64,000 nucleotides of DNA, from contig OZ240092.1 of assembly GCA_965197285.1 (NCBI GenBank), positions 4,869,303 through 4,933,302 on the forward strand, written 5' to 3'. Position numbers and translations under genes: made by a program. Positions 1 through 10,800 of the stretch are shown piece after piece (the stretch's first letter is position 1; each line of letters starts with the position of its first letter). The notes beneath the pieces were generated by a model. The model was given only the letters and a program-made list of their open reading frames with translations. It did not search any database and had not been told where the DNA came from. The stretch is from Acidobacteriota bacterium (lineage in GTDB: Bacteria; Acidobacteriota; UBA6911; RPQK01; CBDAPI01).

Positions 1-956
1 GGGGTCGAAATGATGTTGTTCTTGGTTCCTGCCCCTCCCAGTTCCCACTTGGACCCCCTGGGATTGCAGTCGAACTTCCAGATCAGCTTGCCACTTTCTG
101 GGACGAAGGAATAAATCCAGCCGTCGCCTCCCGGGAAGATGACCTGGGGCTCCCCGTTGACAACACCGTAGGAGGGGTTCGACCAGGATCCATGGAGAAT
201 CTCCAACCCGGGAGAGTCGTCTTCCCAGACCAGTTTTCCTGTGTTCTTCTCCAGAGCCAGAAAGCTGGGTGCGAGCGGGACGGGAACGTTGAAGTGACCC
301 TCATCCACCCCGTTTCCGCTCACCGTGAAGAGGAGATTCCCGACGATCAGCGGGTTCCCGGCCGCCAGGTTGTGAGGAAACACGTCCAGATCCCCGATCA
401 TGTCCACTTTCCAGATGACGTCTTCATCGGTCGGGCCGGTATTCTCCTCGTCACGGTAAGGTCCGTCGTTTTCACCGTCGTGGAAGCCGGCGGTATCAGC
501 GCAGATGATCTCGGCCCGATTCGAGACATAGTAGAGCCTGTCCCCCTCCACGTACGGCCCCGAGCAGACTCCCTGCTGGGGCCAGTCATGAACCCGGCCG
601 GCCGGCAGTTTGGCGTGGGCCCCCTGCCACAGGAAATGCCCGTCGGAGGTGCGAAAAGCCATCATGTTGCCCCGGTCTCCCGACAACTTTGGATTGCGCA
701 GCCCTTCGTTGTTCGTCCCCACATAGATCTGGCCCTCGAAAACCACCGGACCTCCGTAGCTCTGGGTCCCCAGAGGCTGCTTCCAGAGTACGTTCTTCCC
801 GGTCTCGAGATTCCAGTCCGAGGGAAGGTTGGTTTCAGAGGACACCATGTTGCGGGACGGAGTCCCCCCGAACATGGAAGCCTTCTTCTGGGCCTGGAGG
901 GGATAAACTACCGACAGTAGAAAAAGACTGGACAAAATGAGAACGAGACGCTGCAT
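1..956 (-). CDS. PQQ-binding-like beta-propeller repeat secreted protein (runs off the left edge)
   Basis: Not in the ORF track because there is no stop in the window. Manual translation from ATG 956: signal peptide MQRLVLILSSLFLLSVVYPLQA, then MFGGTPSRNMVS...LWKQPLGTQSYGGPVV...GKLVWE...GKLIWKFD propeller repeats. Confidence 0.85.
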   Translation of the reverse strand, partial: MQRLVLILSSLFLLSVVYPLQAQKKASMFGGTPSRNMVSSETNLPSDWNLETGKNVLWKQPLGTQSYGGPVVFEGQIYVGTNNEGLRNPKLSGDRGNMMAFRTSDGHFLWQGAHAKLPAGRVHDWPQQGVCSGPYVEGDRLYYVSNRAEIICADTAGFHDGENDGPYRDEENTGPTDEDVIWKVDMIGDLDVFPHNLAAGNPLIVGNLLFTVSGNGVDEGHFNVPVPLAPSFLALEKNTGKLVWEDDSPGLEILHGSWSNPSYGVVNGEPQVIFPGGDGWIYSFVPESGKLIWKFDCNPRGSKWELGGAGTKNNIIST

Positions 957-965
957 GTCGTGGTC

Positions 966-3158
966 CTATCTGTTGGTGGTCACCTTGACCTGGTCGAAAT
1001 GAACGGGTGCCGGCGAGTACGCGTACAGCGCCGGGCTTCCCTTTGGAATCGGATGCGGATCCTCCGCAACGATCGTCCAGCCGGCCGGCTCAGGACTCTC
1101 GCGGGGCCAGACCTTTCCCCGGATCGTCGCCTTTTCCGCGTTGGCGTCCACTCTCAGTTTGATGCGATACCAGCGGTCGGCCTCCCATTGAAAGGGTACC
1201 TGAACCGCCATTCGGCGCTCGGCTGTCCACGACCGCACCTGAATCTGCTGATGCGCTCCCATGACATCCAGGGTGTAGCCGCTGTTGATGAGACCCATGT
1301 CGGGTACCCTGCGGGCAGTTCTGGTGGCCCGCAGGTCCGCTTCAATCGTATAGTCGCTCCAATCGGAGGGCCCGATGAAGGTCCGGTGCCGGTGGATCGA
1401 TCGAGCGGCCGGGTGTTTGACCAGGAAGCGGTTCCCGCCTTCCTCTTCGGCGACTTTGAAGTGAATGCGAGCTCCCAGAAAGTAGTCCGGGATCCGGTCA
1501 ACTGCAGTCGACTGGAAGTCTTCCTCGAGTTCAGGGCCTCCAAAGATCCGCACCCGGGCTTCTGCGGTCAAGTCTCCCAGCCTGGCCCGCAACACACCCA
1601 CTTGCGCCGTGGCATCGTGGTCCGGCTCGAACTCGCCGTGTTGATTCACAGACCCGCCGAGTCCGATCAGTTCCCAGTCGGCCTGCCTTTCGCCCAAGGG
1701 GCGACCCAGCTTGTCGAAGGCCAGCACCCGGAAACGTCTTTTTTCCGTGGACTGCATTCGTACTTCTGCCGGTGCCGGCAGAATGACGGCGGCGTCCCTT
1801 CGTCCCGGTGAGGGAGATTCTGCGAGGGGCTTAGCAGCACCGGTCGGCAGCTGAATCGAGGGATCACCAATCGCGTAGATGCCCCCTTCAGTGGTGAAAA
1901 AGACGCGCCCGCGGGCTATCGCTGCAGACCCATAGATCTCGGCGTATCTGTTCGTCTCCACCGTCAGATGCTCTTCGTCCAGCGAGCGGACTCCATCCTC
2001 GGCCACCTCGAGGATGTGAAACCGGCCATTCACCTCGGTGGCGAAGATCTTGCCGTCGGCCCACACGGGAGAGCCCTTCCCGACAGTGCCCAGACTGAAG
2101 TCCCAGAGCTCGGCGCCGTTGGAGGCATCCAGGCCGTGAAGATTGCCCGAGTTGTCGACGACGAAAAGCCTTCCGTCCTTGAGCAAGGGTGAGGAAAAGC
2201 CGACCGACAGAGAGGCTCGCCACTTTTCATGGGTGTCGGTTACGTCACCGGAGCCGGTCGCGTCGATTGCCACGACGGCTCCCATGACGCCGCCCTCAAC
2301 GTTCTCTTCGCTGTGTGCGGCGTATACGGTTTTGTTCTCGACCACAACTGAAGTGTTGATTCCCCTCTTGCTGAGCCGAAACCGCCACACGGGTCGGCCT
2401 GTACGAGCCTGAATGGCGCAAACGGACCCATCGGCATTGCCCTGAATGAGTAGACGCCGGCCCCCGATAGTGGCCACGGCCGGAGTCGACTGCGTGTTCA
2501 GATCGGGTGGGCGCTCCCCGGGCGAGGCCACCCACAGGAGTTCTCCCGTTTTCTTGGCAAACGCAAAGGTTCTGTGCCGAGGCGCGGACCATGCGCCCCA
2601 GCTCGAGCTGACGAAGGTAACGATCACGCGGCCTTCGTCGACAACCGGGGTCTGCGTGCGGCCTCCGTACCCGGAAAAAAACCCGAAGTCCTCGGTCAGG
2701 GATCGGGACCAGACCACCTCTCCGGCGGCGTCCAGACACAGAAAAACCCCTCCCACTCCCTGCACGTAAAGGTATCCCGTCTCAGGGTCGCCGGCGATGT
2801 TGGCCCATCCGACACGGTTCCAGGGGACCGTTGTCAGGTGCACATTGAAGCGGCGCTCCCAGAGCCTGCGGCCATCCCGGATGTCAAAGCAGGCAACCAT
2901 TTCCTGCCGGTGAATTCCTGCGCCGACGCGACCGTTCGCACACACCCTGTCTCCCATAACGATCGGAGTGGAACGGCCCGTGAACGGTGCGCTCCAGAGC
3001 AGGTTGGCACCGTCAATGGACCAGCTCAAGACGAGACCCTTCTGGTCGGAGATTCCATTGCCATGAGGGCCGCGCCAGGCCGGCCAGTCGGAGGCCAGGC
3101 TGCCGGGGACGCCGGCCATGAGGATGCATGTTTGCAGTAAGAGGCGGGTCAGGCGCAT
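966..3158 (-). CDS. PQQ-binding-like beta-propeller protein with C-terminal beta-sandwich/DUF1080-like domain
   Basis: Signal peptide then DWPAWRGPHGNG and repeated GxxxW propeller motifs. ORF track starts at 3209; ATG 3158 preferred because the upstream gene ends at 3175. Confidence 0.8.
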   Translation of the reverse strand: MRLTRLLLQTCILMAGVPGSLASDWPAWRGPHGNGISDQKGLVLSWSIDGANLLWSAPFTGRSTPIVMGDRVCANGRVGAGIHRQEMVACFDIRDGRRLWERRFNVHLTTVPWNRVGWANIAGDPETGYLYVQGVGGVFLCLDAAGEVVWSRSLTEDFGFFSGYGGRTQTPVVDEGRVIVTFVSSSWGAWSAPRHRTFAFAKKTGELLWVASPGERPPDLNTQSTPAVATIGGRRLLIQGNADGSVCAIQARTGRPVWRFRLSKRGINTSVVVENKTVYAAHSEENVEGGVMGAVVAIDATGSGDVTDTHEKWRASLSVGFSSPLLKDGRLFVVDNSGNLHGLDASNGAELWDFSLGTVGKGSPVWADGKIFATEVNGRFHILEVAEDGVRSLDEEHLTVETNRYAEIYGSAAIARGRVFFTTEGGIYAIGDPSIQLPTGAAKPLAESPSPGRRDAAVILPAPAEVRMQSTEKRRFRVLAFDKLGRPLGERQADWELIGLGGSVNQHGEFEPDHDATAQVGVLRARLGDLTAEARVRIFGGPELEEDFQSTAVDRIPDYFLGARIHFKVAEEEGGNRFLVKHPAARSIHRHRTFIGPSDWSDYTIEADLRATRTARRVPDMGLINSGYTLDVMGAHQQIQVRSWTAERRMAVQVPFQWEADRWYRIKLRVDANAEKATIRGKVWPRESPEPAGWTIVAEDPHPIPKGSPALYAYSPAPVHFDQVKVTTNR

Positions 3159-3174
3159 GAAAACCGATTCCAGC

Positions 3175-4779
3175 TTACCTACCTTGCTCATTGGCTTCGG
3201 GTCCTTCACCGGCCGGCCCGTCGGTTTCCTCAGGGGGGATCTCCGGAAGCGGGGGGAGGCCCGCGTCTCCCTGACTCCAGTTTTTCTGTAGAGCCCTGAC
3301 GGCGGCAGCCAGCGATTGCCGATCTCCCAGAGCCTCGGACACGCCCGCCATACCCATCAGGGAAAGAGATCGCCCCGGGTTGATGCGCAGGGACTCCGCG
3401 TAGGCCTCTTGAGCTTCAGCGGCTTGACCCAGTGCAAACAGAATGTCTCCCAGCATTTCGAAAGCCGGTTTCACGGGGATCGGGGGCCCGAATTCGGCAG
3501 AAGTCTGAGCCTGCAGTCGGACCGCTTCCCGGGCCAGATTCAGAGCCTGCCTCTTTTGATCCAGCCGCAGCAGCACGAAGGCCTCCAACTGGCGCGCCAT
3601 GATGCGGACAGGCAGCTCGTCGTCGGCACGGCGCTCTTCGGGCTTGGGCAGACGCTTTATTTTCCTTACCAGCTGCAGCGACTGGTCCATCAGGCCCTGG
3701 TGGATCATCTGCATCCCGTGTGCGAACAACACCGCCGCCTGGGCCTTGACTCTCAAATCGGAGACCTCGAATCCCGCCAGCAGGTCAGAGTCCCAGTCCC
3801 GGGTCTCGATGATATGGGACGCTCGCATGTAAGCAATGTGGCGCCGGGCGGACTGGGAAGGGGACCGGGCTGCCAGGTCGTTCACCTGCTCCAGCGTGCG
3901 GCCGGCTTCCTGATGGCGGCCGAGTTGGAGAAGGCTGTAGTGTTTCCACCACAGAGCATGGTAGGCGCTGCGCAGGTTCTGTTTATCGAGCGCCGCCTGG
4001 ACCGACGCGGTGTTCGAGTCAACCGAATCCTGCCAGCGTCCCAGGGCCATGAAAATATGCGACGGCATGTGCAGCGCGTGGGGTGCACCGGGTGCAATTG
4101 CTGCATAGACGCGGGCCGCTCTGAGTCCCAGCGGGGCGTGGACCGCCTCGTCATAGGAGTGAATCAGATAGTGGACGGCGCCCGGATGGCGAGGATTGCG
4201 GGCGAAAACCTCTTCGGCGATGGCTGCCGCTCGTATGTAGGTCCTAATAATTCGCTTGCCCTGGGCGGTACCCAGCAGCGAAAGAGCGTGAAACGAGGCG
4301 GCCTCCAGATCGTCTGGATAGGCAGCAGAGAGCCGCCGCATGGCAATGAAATACCTGAAGTCGCAGCGGGGCTTCTCCTCTTCGCAGTAGAGCTCGTCAA
4401 TAGCCCGCAGGTAGCCCTTCTCACGTTCGCTTCCGGCCTTTGCCAGTCGCTTGACTTGAGTCTCTCCCAGCTTCGACAAAGCCTCCCGGGCCAATGGTTT
4501 GTCCTGCTCCCGCCACAGGGGGTGGTTGTGGGTCATCGCTTCACCCCAGTAGGCAAGTGCAAACCCGGGATCCACCTGCTGGGCCCTCAGGAACTCCCGG
4601 CGTGCGTCTGCGTACTCGAAACTGTGAAGAAGCAGAACTCCTCTGTGAAAATGCGGCTGGGCTTCGGGGGCCCCCGAGGTGTGGAAGTCTATATCACCCA
4701 GATCTCCTTCGGCGGTCGGCGGCGCTCCCGCCGGGTTCGCGAGGGCGATCAGAAGCAGTAGGGCAGGGGGCGAATGCAT
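3175..4779 (-). CDS. Secreted tetratricopeptide-repeat protein
   Basis: Signal peptide; AQPHFHRGVLLLHSFEY, HPGAVHYLIHSYD and PHALHMPSHIF motifs of a widespread TPR family. Confidence 0.8.
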   Translation of the reverse strand: MHSPPALLLLIALANPAGAPPTAEGDLGDIDFHTSGAPEAQPHFHRGVLLLHSFEYADARREFLRAQQVDPGFALAYWGEAMTHNHPLWREQDKPLAREALSKLGETQVKRLAKAGSEREKGYLRAIDELYCEEEKPRCDFRYFIAMRRLSAAYPDDLEAASFHALSLLGTAQGKRIIRTYIRAAAIAEEVFARNPRHPGAVHYLIHSYDEAVHAPLGLRAARVYAAIAPGAPHALHMPSHIFMALGRWQDSVDSNTASVQAALDKQNLRSAYHALWWKHYSLLQLGRHQEAGRTLEQVNDLAARSPSQSARRHIAYMRASHIIETRDWDSDLLAGFEVSDLRVKAQAAVLFAHGMQMIHQGLMDQSLQLVRKIKRLPKPEERRADDELPVRIMARQLEAFVLLRLDQKRQALNLAREAVRLQAQTSAEFGPPIPVKPAFEMLGDILFALGQAAEAQEAYAESLRINPGRSLSLMGMAGVSEALGDRQSLAAAVRALQKNWSQGDAGLPPLPEIPPEETDGPAGEGPEANEQGR

Positions 4780-4805
4780 GCGAGCTCAACAAACGTCATC
4801 GTATT

Positions 4806-4829
4806 TAGTACTTATGGAAGTAAGTACTA
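4806..4829. promoter_or_regulatory. AT-rich perfect inverted repeat (9-6-9), possible operator or weak terminator
   Basis: TAGTACTTA-tggaag-TAAGTACTA overlapping the rpmG stop codon, just upstream of the TPR gene. Confidence 0.4.
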
Positions 4830-4982
4830 GCTCAGTTTGCTCTCTTTGTAGATGACGTGCTTGCGCACTACCGGGTCATATTTCTTGAGCACGAGCTTGG
4901 CGGTCGTATTTCTGCGGTTCTTCAAGGTGGTGTAAAAATGACCGGTTCCGGCACTGGAGACCAGTTTAATTTTCTCGCGCAT
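4827..4982 (-). CDS. rpmG: 50S ribosomal protein L33, cysteine-free type
   Basis: Below the ORF-track cutoff; manual translation [51 protein letters not shown]. Confidence 0.95.
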   Translation of the reverse strand: MREKIKLVSSAGTGHFYTTLKNRRNTTAKLVLKKYDPVVRKHVIYKESKLS

Positions 4983-4985
4983 CGT

Positions 4986-5243
4986 TCAATCTCCCTCCGG
5001 GAGGGCGTGACCGTACTTGCGGCGAAACCGCTCAACCCTCCCCTCCGAGTCGACCAGCTTCTGCTGCCCGGTCCAGAAAGGATGACTGGATGAAGAGATC
5101 TCAATGCGGATCTCGTAGTGCTCGACACCGTCGATGTCGCGAGTCACGTCACTGGTGGCCGTAGACATCGTAGTGAGTTCTTCGCCCGTGCTGCTGTCTA
5201 CAAAGATAACCGGATGGTAATCGGGGTGAATTCGTGACTTCAT
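4986..5243 (-). CDS. rpmE2: 50S ribosomal protein L31 type B (cysteine-free)
   Basis: MKSRIHPDYHPVIFVDSSTG...EISSSSHPFWTGQQKLVDSEGRVERFRRKY; real start at ATG 5243 inside the longer 163-aa ORF. Confidence 0.95.
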   Translation of the reverse strand: MKSRIHPDYHPVIFVDSSTGEELTTMSTATSDVTRDIDGVEHYEIRIEISSSSHPFWTGQQKLVDSEGRVERFRRKYGHALPEGD

Positions 5244-5354
5244 GGTTTGTTCCTCGATCAGACTATTATTTTGCCCTAACTGAGTGAACCAGAGCAAGAC
5301 ACAACCCACCGGGTCTGGTAGACTCCCGGCAAAATCAAAACTCAGGAGGCAAAC

Positions 5355-5858
5355 ATGAATTCTCTCATCAAGATGCCCTTGATCCTGGCCGCGGTGATCA
5401 TCCTGGCCCGGCTCGCGCTGGAGGGCGTTGGCGCCCCCTCGGCGATCACTTTCATTGTAGGCGTGTCCTGGCTCCACCTCTTCGTGCCCATATATCTGGG
5501 TCTGCGTGTCGCCGGCGCGGGCGGCTCCAGGCCCTTCAAAGATCTGTTCATGGCGATCTTCTTTTTCACGTTGTTCACGCGGCTGATGGTATTCGCTACG
5601 TACGTAATCGCCTACCCTCTGGGTTGGACTGCGAATCGCTTCAGCCTCGAGGGGGGAGGAGGCGTCGGTGCCGAGTCAGCACTCTCTGGCATGCTCCTCA
5701 TTCCGGGAGGAAACCTCATTCTGGCGGTCGTAGTCGGCCCGATTATCGGCATGATTCTGGGCTCGATCACGCTCCTGATCAAGCGAAAAATGGCCCCGGC
5801 CCCCGCCCCGGGGCCCTGCCCGCTCTTTCCTGACATCACACGGCGGTCGCGGCCCTGA
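5355..5858 (+). CDS. Hypothetical integral membrane protein (about 4 TM helices)
   Basis: AGGAGG RBS before ATG; several hydrophobic segments. Confidence 0.7.
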   Translation: MNSLIKMPLILAAVIILARLALEGVGAPSAITFIVGVSWLHLFVPIYLGLRVAGAGGSRPFKDLFMAIFFFTLFTRLMVFATYVIAYPLGWTANRFSLEGGGGVGAESALSGMLLIPGGNLILAVVVGPIIGMILGSITLLIKRKMAPAPAPGPCPLFPDITRRSRP

Positions 5859-5868
5859 CCCTCCCACT

Positions 5869-7746
5869 CTAGTCCTGACCCAAAATCTCCTCCACGCTGA
5901 GGCGTGAGATGCTGTGATAGCCGGGCCTGGCCTGCCGGTAGATTCTTCTGGCCCTCTCCAGGCCCTCCGTGGTGCGGGCCAGCTGCCGATACAGAGGCAG
6001 CAGGAACTTGCGCCGTCCCTGCCGGGTCAGAAAACCCTGGAGTGCCTCCTGGGCGGGATATCCGGTCTTCAGGCACAGCAGTAGCCAATCGTGAAGGATT
6101 TCCGAGTTGCCCGAGCGTGTGAAGTGGAAGACCCGGTCCAGGTCAGCCAGCCGCCCCGGGTCCAGGTCGTCGGGCAGGTTGCGTAGAAAATAGAGAAAAT
6201 GGTGAGCTGTCCAGTTTTTCGAATCGAGGGTTGAAGCGCTCCCGCCCCCGGTGAAAGCGGCCAGCTGGGCGCGTACCTGCTCCAGTGCCCGGGATCGGGG
6301 CTCAGGACAGTTCGAAGGAAGTCCTGGGCCGTAGATCCAATTCTCGATCTGAAGGTTTTCTTCCTGAGTGCGATCGCCGGCGATCAGGTGCTCACCGAGA
6401 TAGCGGACGAAGGTTCTCGAGTCGACTGACTGAAACGCGTATTCCTGGAAGTAGCGAGCCAGAAAACGATCCCACTCGCGGCGGCCCGCGGCGGCCTCGA
6501 TTGCGCGCAGAAAGAAGTGTCCCTTGTCGTAGGCAATTGCGGTCATACCGGCGTCGGGGTCGCGGCCCGCCAGATCCAGGTGCAGCCAGGTGTCTCTGGG
6601 GGTCGAGGCGAAATCCCGCTGCAGCGACTCCTTGAGAGTCGCCAGTTCCAGCTCCGCCAACATCTCCTCCAGCTCCCGGCCGTAGACCGCTTCCATGATC
6701 CGGTGCTCGAAGTAGGTGGTAAAACCCTCGTTGAGCCAGAAGTCCTCCCAGGTTCGATTCGTGACCAGATTACCGGACCAGGAGTGGGCCAGTTCATGGG
6801 CTATGAGTCCCACCAGGGAGCGATCTCCCGCCAGGATTGTCGGAGTCAGAAAGGTCAGGCGGGGGTTCTCCATTCCCCCGAAAGGGAAGCTGGGGGGAAG
6901 GACGATCAGATCGTAGCGCTCCCAGCGGTACGGCCCATAGAGCTCTTCCGCTGCCGCAATCATTCTCTCGGTGTCGGCCAGCTCCCAGGCCGCCGCCTCC
7001 AGGAGCTCGGGTTCTGCGTAGACTCCGCTGCGGCTGCCCAGCGAGCGAAAGCCGAGTTCGCCGACAGCGATGGCCAACAGGTAGGAGGGAACGGGTTGAG
7101 GCATTTCAAATTCGTAAAGACCCGTTGCATCGACAACAGTGGGATTGCCGGCGCTCATGACCGCCATCAGGCCGGCCGGCACCCGAATCCGGGCGGTGTA
7201 GGTCATCCGCACGGAAGGAGAGTCCTGGCAGGGGATCCAGCTGCGAGCCAGGACGGCTTGCGACTGAGACAGCAGGAAGGGATGCCTTCCCCCGGCTGTC
7301 TGCTCTCTGGCCAGCCACTGCAGCGCGGCTGCCTCGGGTGAGGTCTGGTAATAAACGTGAACCAGCCGCGTCTCGGTCTGGATCACGATACTGAGAGGTT
7401 CCCCCAGATGCTCTACGGTCTCCCCTTTCAGGAAAGGCGTCTCCGTCTCTTCCGTACCCAGAGTAACCCGTTCGATCTCCAGGTCGCGGGTGTCCAGAGA
7501 AAGCTCCCGGCCACCGCCCAGGTTTTGGATGTGCAGAGAGGCCCTGCCCCGGAGCCTCCTCTCGTCGAAGTCCACGGCCAGGTCGAGTTCCAGGTGTGTG
7601 ACCACCACCTGGCCCGGTCTGGAAAACGAGTGCGGGTCGAGTGCCGCCGCTGGTTGCTGCGGCCCGTTTGATGCAGAGGAACAAGCTGCTGCCGAGGCCA
7701 GCACGAAGGCCAGTAAGACCAGCGAAAGCAACCCCAAATCACTCAT
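5869..7746 (-). CDS. M1 family aminopeptidase, leukotriene A4 hydrolase-like; probable lipoprotein
   Basis: GGMEN exopeptidase motif, HELAH...NEG zinc motif, lipobox-like AAAC; GAGGAGG RBS. Confidence 0.93.
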   Translation of the reverse strand: MSDLGLLSLVLLAFVLASAAACSSASNGPQQPAAALDPHSFSRPGQVVVTHLELDLAVDFDERRLRGRASLHIQNLGGGRELSLDTRDLEIERVTLGTEETETPFLKGETVEHLGEPLSIVIQTETRLVHVYYQTSPEAAALQWLAREQTAGGRHPFLLSQSQAVLARSWIPCQDSPSVRMTYTARIRVPAGLMAVMSAGNPTVVDATGLYEFEMPQPVPSYLLAIAVGELGFRSLGSRSGVYAEPELLEAAAWELADTERMIAAAEELYGPYRWERYDLIVLPPSFPFGGMENPRLTFLTPTILAGDRSLVGLIAHELAHSWSGNLVTNRTWEDFWLNEGFTTYFEHRIMEAVYGRELEEMLAELELATLKESLQRDFASTPRDTWLHLDLAGRDPDAGMTAIAYDKGHFFLRAIEAAAGRREWDRFLARYFQEYAFQSVDSRTFVRYLGEHLIAGDRTQEENLQIENWIYGPGLPSNCPEPRSRALEQVRAQLAAFTGGGSASTLDSKNWTAHHFLYFLRNLPDDLDPGRLADLDRVFHFTRSGNSEILHDWLLLCLKTGYPAQEALQGFLTRQGRRKFLLPLYRQLARTTEGLERARRIYRQARPGYHSISRLSVEEILGQD

Positions 7747-7782
7747 TTGTCCGCCTCCTCACCTGATGCTAGCACGCCACGA

Positions 7783-7867
7783 CGTAGGGGCCGGCCTGGT
7801 GCCGGCCCGCTGGGCGGGCGACCACCCGGAGTCGCCCCTACTTTCGTAGGGGCCGGGTCGCCCCACG
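7783..7867. repeat. GTAG-type REP/REPIN cluster
   Basis: GTAGGGGCC...GTCGCCCCTAC palindromic units; closely similar to the cluster at 19533-19660. Confidence 0.8.
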
Positions 7868-7882
7868 ATTCCCGGCCTCAGG

Positions 7883-10800
7883 CTAGCTAACACTCACCAA
7901 TCTGGGTTCATAACCCAGATTGGAATGCAGCCAGGATTCGACCAGGGCCGGAGCCACGCCCTTGCGGCGAGCGTAGTCTTCAACCTGGTCGCGCCCAATC
8001 TTGCCGACGCCGAAATAGCGGCTCTCGGGGCGAGAGAAGTAAAATCCGGACACAGAGGCCGCCGGATCCATCGCGAAGTTTTCCGTGAGCCGGACACCGA
8101 TCGCCTCTTCGGCATCCAGAAGCTCAAACAGCTTTGCCTTCTCGGAGTGGTCCGGGCAGGCGGGGTAACCGGGAGCCGGCCTGATCCCGCAGTACTTTTC
8201 TCCAATCAATTGCTTGTTGGTCAGCTCTTCGTCGGGGGCGTAGGCCCAGAACTCCTTGCGCACGCGTTCATGAAGGCGCTCCGCGAGCGCTTCCGCCAGC
8301 CGGTCGGACAGGGCCTTGAGCATGATGCTTCGGTAGTCGTCGTGCTCCGCCTCGAACTGGCCGGCCCTGGCTTCGACACCAATCCCTGCCGTCACCACGA
8401 AGGCTCCCAGGTAGTCGGGTCTGCCACTCTGAACAGAGGCCAGAAAATCGCTCAGGCACAGGTTGGGCTGCCCGGTGCGAAACTGGCCCTGCTGGCGCAG
8501 CATGTGGAACTCGAGAAGTGCTTCCCGGCGGTCGTGATCGGCATAAACCCGGATGCTGTCGCCGCTGCTCTGGGCCGGCCAGAAACCGAGCACGGCGCGA
8601 GCCTCGATCCAGCGCTCTCGAATCATCCCGTCGAGCAGGCGCCGGGCGTCGTCATAGAGCTGGCGGGCTGCCTCACCGATCCTGGGGTCATCCAGCAGGT
8701 CGGGGAAGCGACCAACCAGCTCCCAGGCCTGGAAGAAGGGGCGCCAGTCAATGCGCCGGGCCAGTTCCTCCAGATCATACTCGTCGAGAACCATCCGGCC
8801 CGTAAGTGTGGGCTGAGGTGGATCGTCTGCTCCCGAATCCAGAATGAGGCGGTTTTCCCGGGCCCGCTGCAGCGAGAGCGTGCGCGAAGATCTGGCCAGT
8901 CGCTTCTCTCGCAGCTTCTGATAGTCGTCCTCGATGTCTTTGAGAAACGCTTGGCTCTTGTCCACGTCGAAGAGACCCTGGACGAAGCCAATCACCCGGG
9001 AGGCATCCGGAACATGCACTGTGGGCCCGGCATACTGCGGCGCGATCTTGAGGGCGGTGTGAACCTTGCTGGTGGTCGCCCCACCGATCAGGAGCGGGAG
9101 ATCGAAGCCGCGACGCGACATTTCCTGGGCGACGACACACATTTCCTCCAGGCTGGGGGTGATCAGACCCGACAGGCCGATTGCGTGTGCCCCTTCCTCC
9201 AGGGCTGTGTTCAGGATCTTGTCGGCCGGCACCATGACGCCCAGATCAATCACATCGTAGTTGTTGCACTGGAGTACGACGCCAACGATGTTCTTGCCGA
9301 TATCGTGCACGTCGCCTTTCACCGTGGCCGTGACGATCCGGCCCTTGGACCCGCCGGCCGTCGCCGCTGCTTCGGACTCCATGAAGGGATCGAGCCAGGC
9401 GACTGCTTTTTTCATGACCCGTGCGCTCTTTACAACCTGGGGCAGAAACATCTTCCCGGAGCCAAACAGATCACCGACCACCTGCATCCCTGCCATGAGG
9501 GGCCCCTCAATGACCTCCAGAGGGCGGGCGTAGTTGTGGCGGGCCTCTTCCGTATCCGACTCGATAAACTGGGTAATGCCGTTGACGAGGGCGTGCTTGA
9601 GCCGTTCGTCAACCGTCTCTTCCCGCCACGACAAATCCGCCTCTTTCCTGGCGGTCTCTCCCCGAAATCCTTTCGCCTCTTCCACCAGCTTCTCGGTCGC
9701 ATCCGGAGCGCGGAGAAAATAGACATCTTCGATCCGCTCGCGCACCTGCGGCGGGATGTCCTCGTAGATGCCTATCTGGCCCGCGTTGACGATCGCCATG
9801 TCCATTCCCGCCCGAATGCCGTGGTAGAGGAAGATCGAATGCATGGCCTCGCGAATCGCGTTGTTGCCGCGAAAGGAGAAGGAAACGTTGGACACGCCAC
9901 CCGAGACGTGAACGTGGGGAAGTTCCCGCCGGATTCGCCGCGTGGCTTCAAAGAAAGCAAGCGCATACTGGTCGTGTTCCTCGATCCCTGTGGCTACGGG
10001 AAAGATGTTGGGATCAAAAATGATGTCCTCCGGAGGAAAGCCGGCTTTGCGGGTGAGAATCCGGTAAGAGCGCTGGCAGATCTCGAACTTTCGATCCGCG
10101 GTGTCGGCCTGGCCCTTTTCATCGAAGGCCATCACCACGACGGCAGCCCCGAAGCGCTGGATCTCCCGCGCCTGTGCAATGAAGGCTTCCTCGCCCTCTT
10201 TGAGACTGATCGAGTTAACGACGCACTTGCCCTGAATGCACTTCAGACCAGCCGTGATGACGGACCACTTGGAAGAATCGATCATGAAGGGAATGCGGCT
10301 GATGTCGGGCTCGGACACCAGCAGGTTCATGAATCGGGTCATGGTGGCCTCCGAATCGATCATGGCATGATCCAGATTCACGTCCAGAATCTGCGCTCCG
10401 TTGTCCACCTGATCCCGAGCCACCTGCAGGGCGGCTTCAAAGTCCTCCTCCAGGATGAGACGCTTGAATCGGGCCGAACCCGTGACGTTGCAGCGTTCGC
10501 CCACGTTGACGAAGCGGCCGCTGCCCTCCTCGATGCGAAGAGGCTCCAGCCCGGAGAGACACATCTGCCGCTTCCGGCCTGGAATCGGCCGCGCAGGAAA
10601 CCCGGCGATGGCCTCCTTGAAGGCCCTGATGTGTTCGGGAGTGGTACCGCAGCAGCCTCCCACCAGATTGAGCAGTCCCGACTCCGCCCACTCGGCCAGA
10701 TGGGCAGACATCTCCTCAGGGGTTTCCTCATACTCGCCGAGGTCGTTGGGAAGGCCTGCGTTGGGGTGGCATGCCACGGCCGTGTCGGCGATTCGAGCCA

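Noticed and set aside
5244-5477. N-terminal extension of L31 in the 163-aa ORF
   Set aside because: It overlaps the divergent membrane gene, and homology plus the RBS begin at ATG 5243
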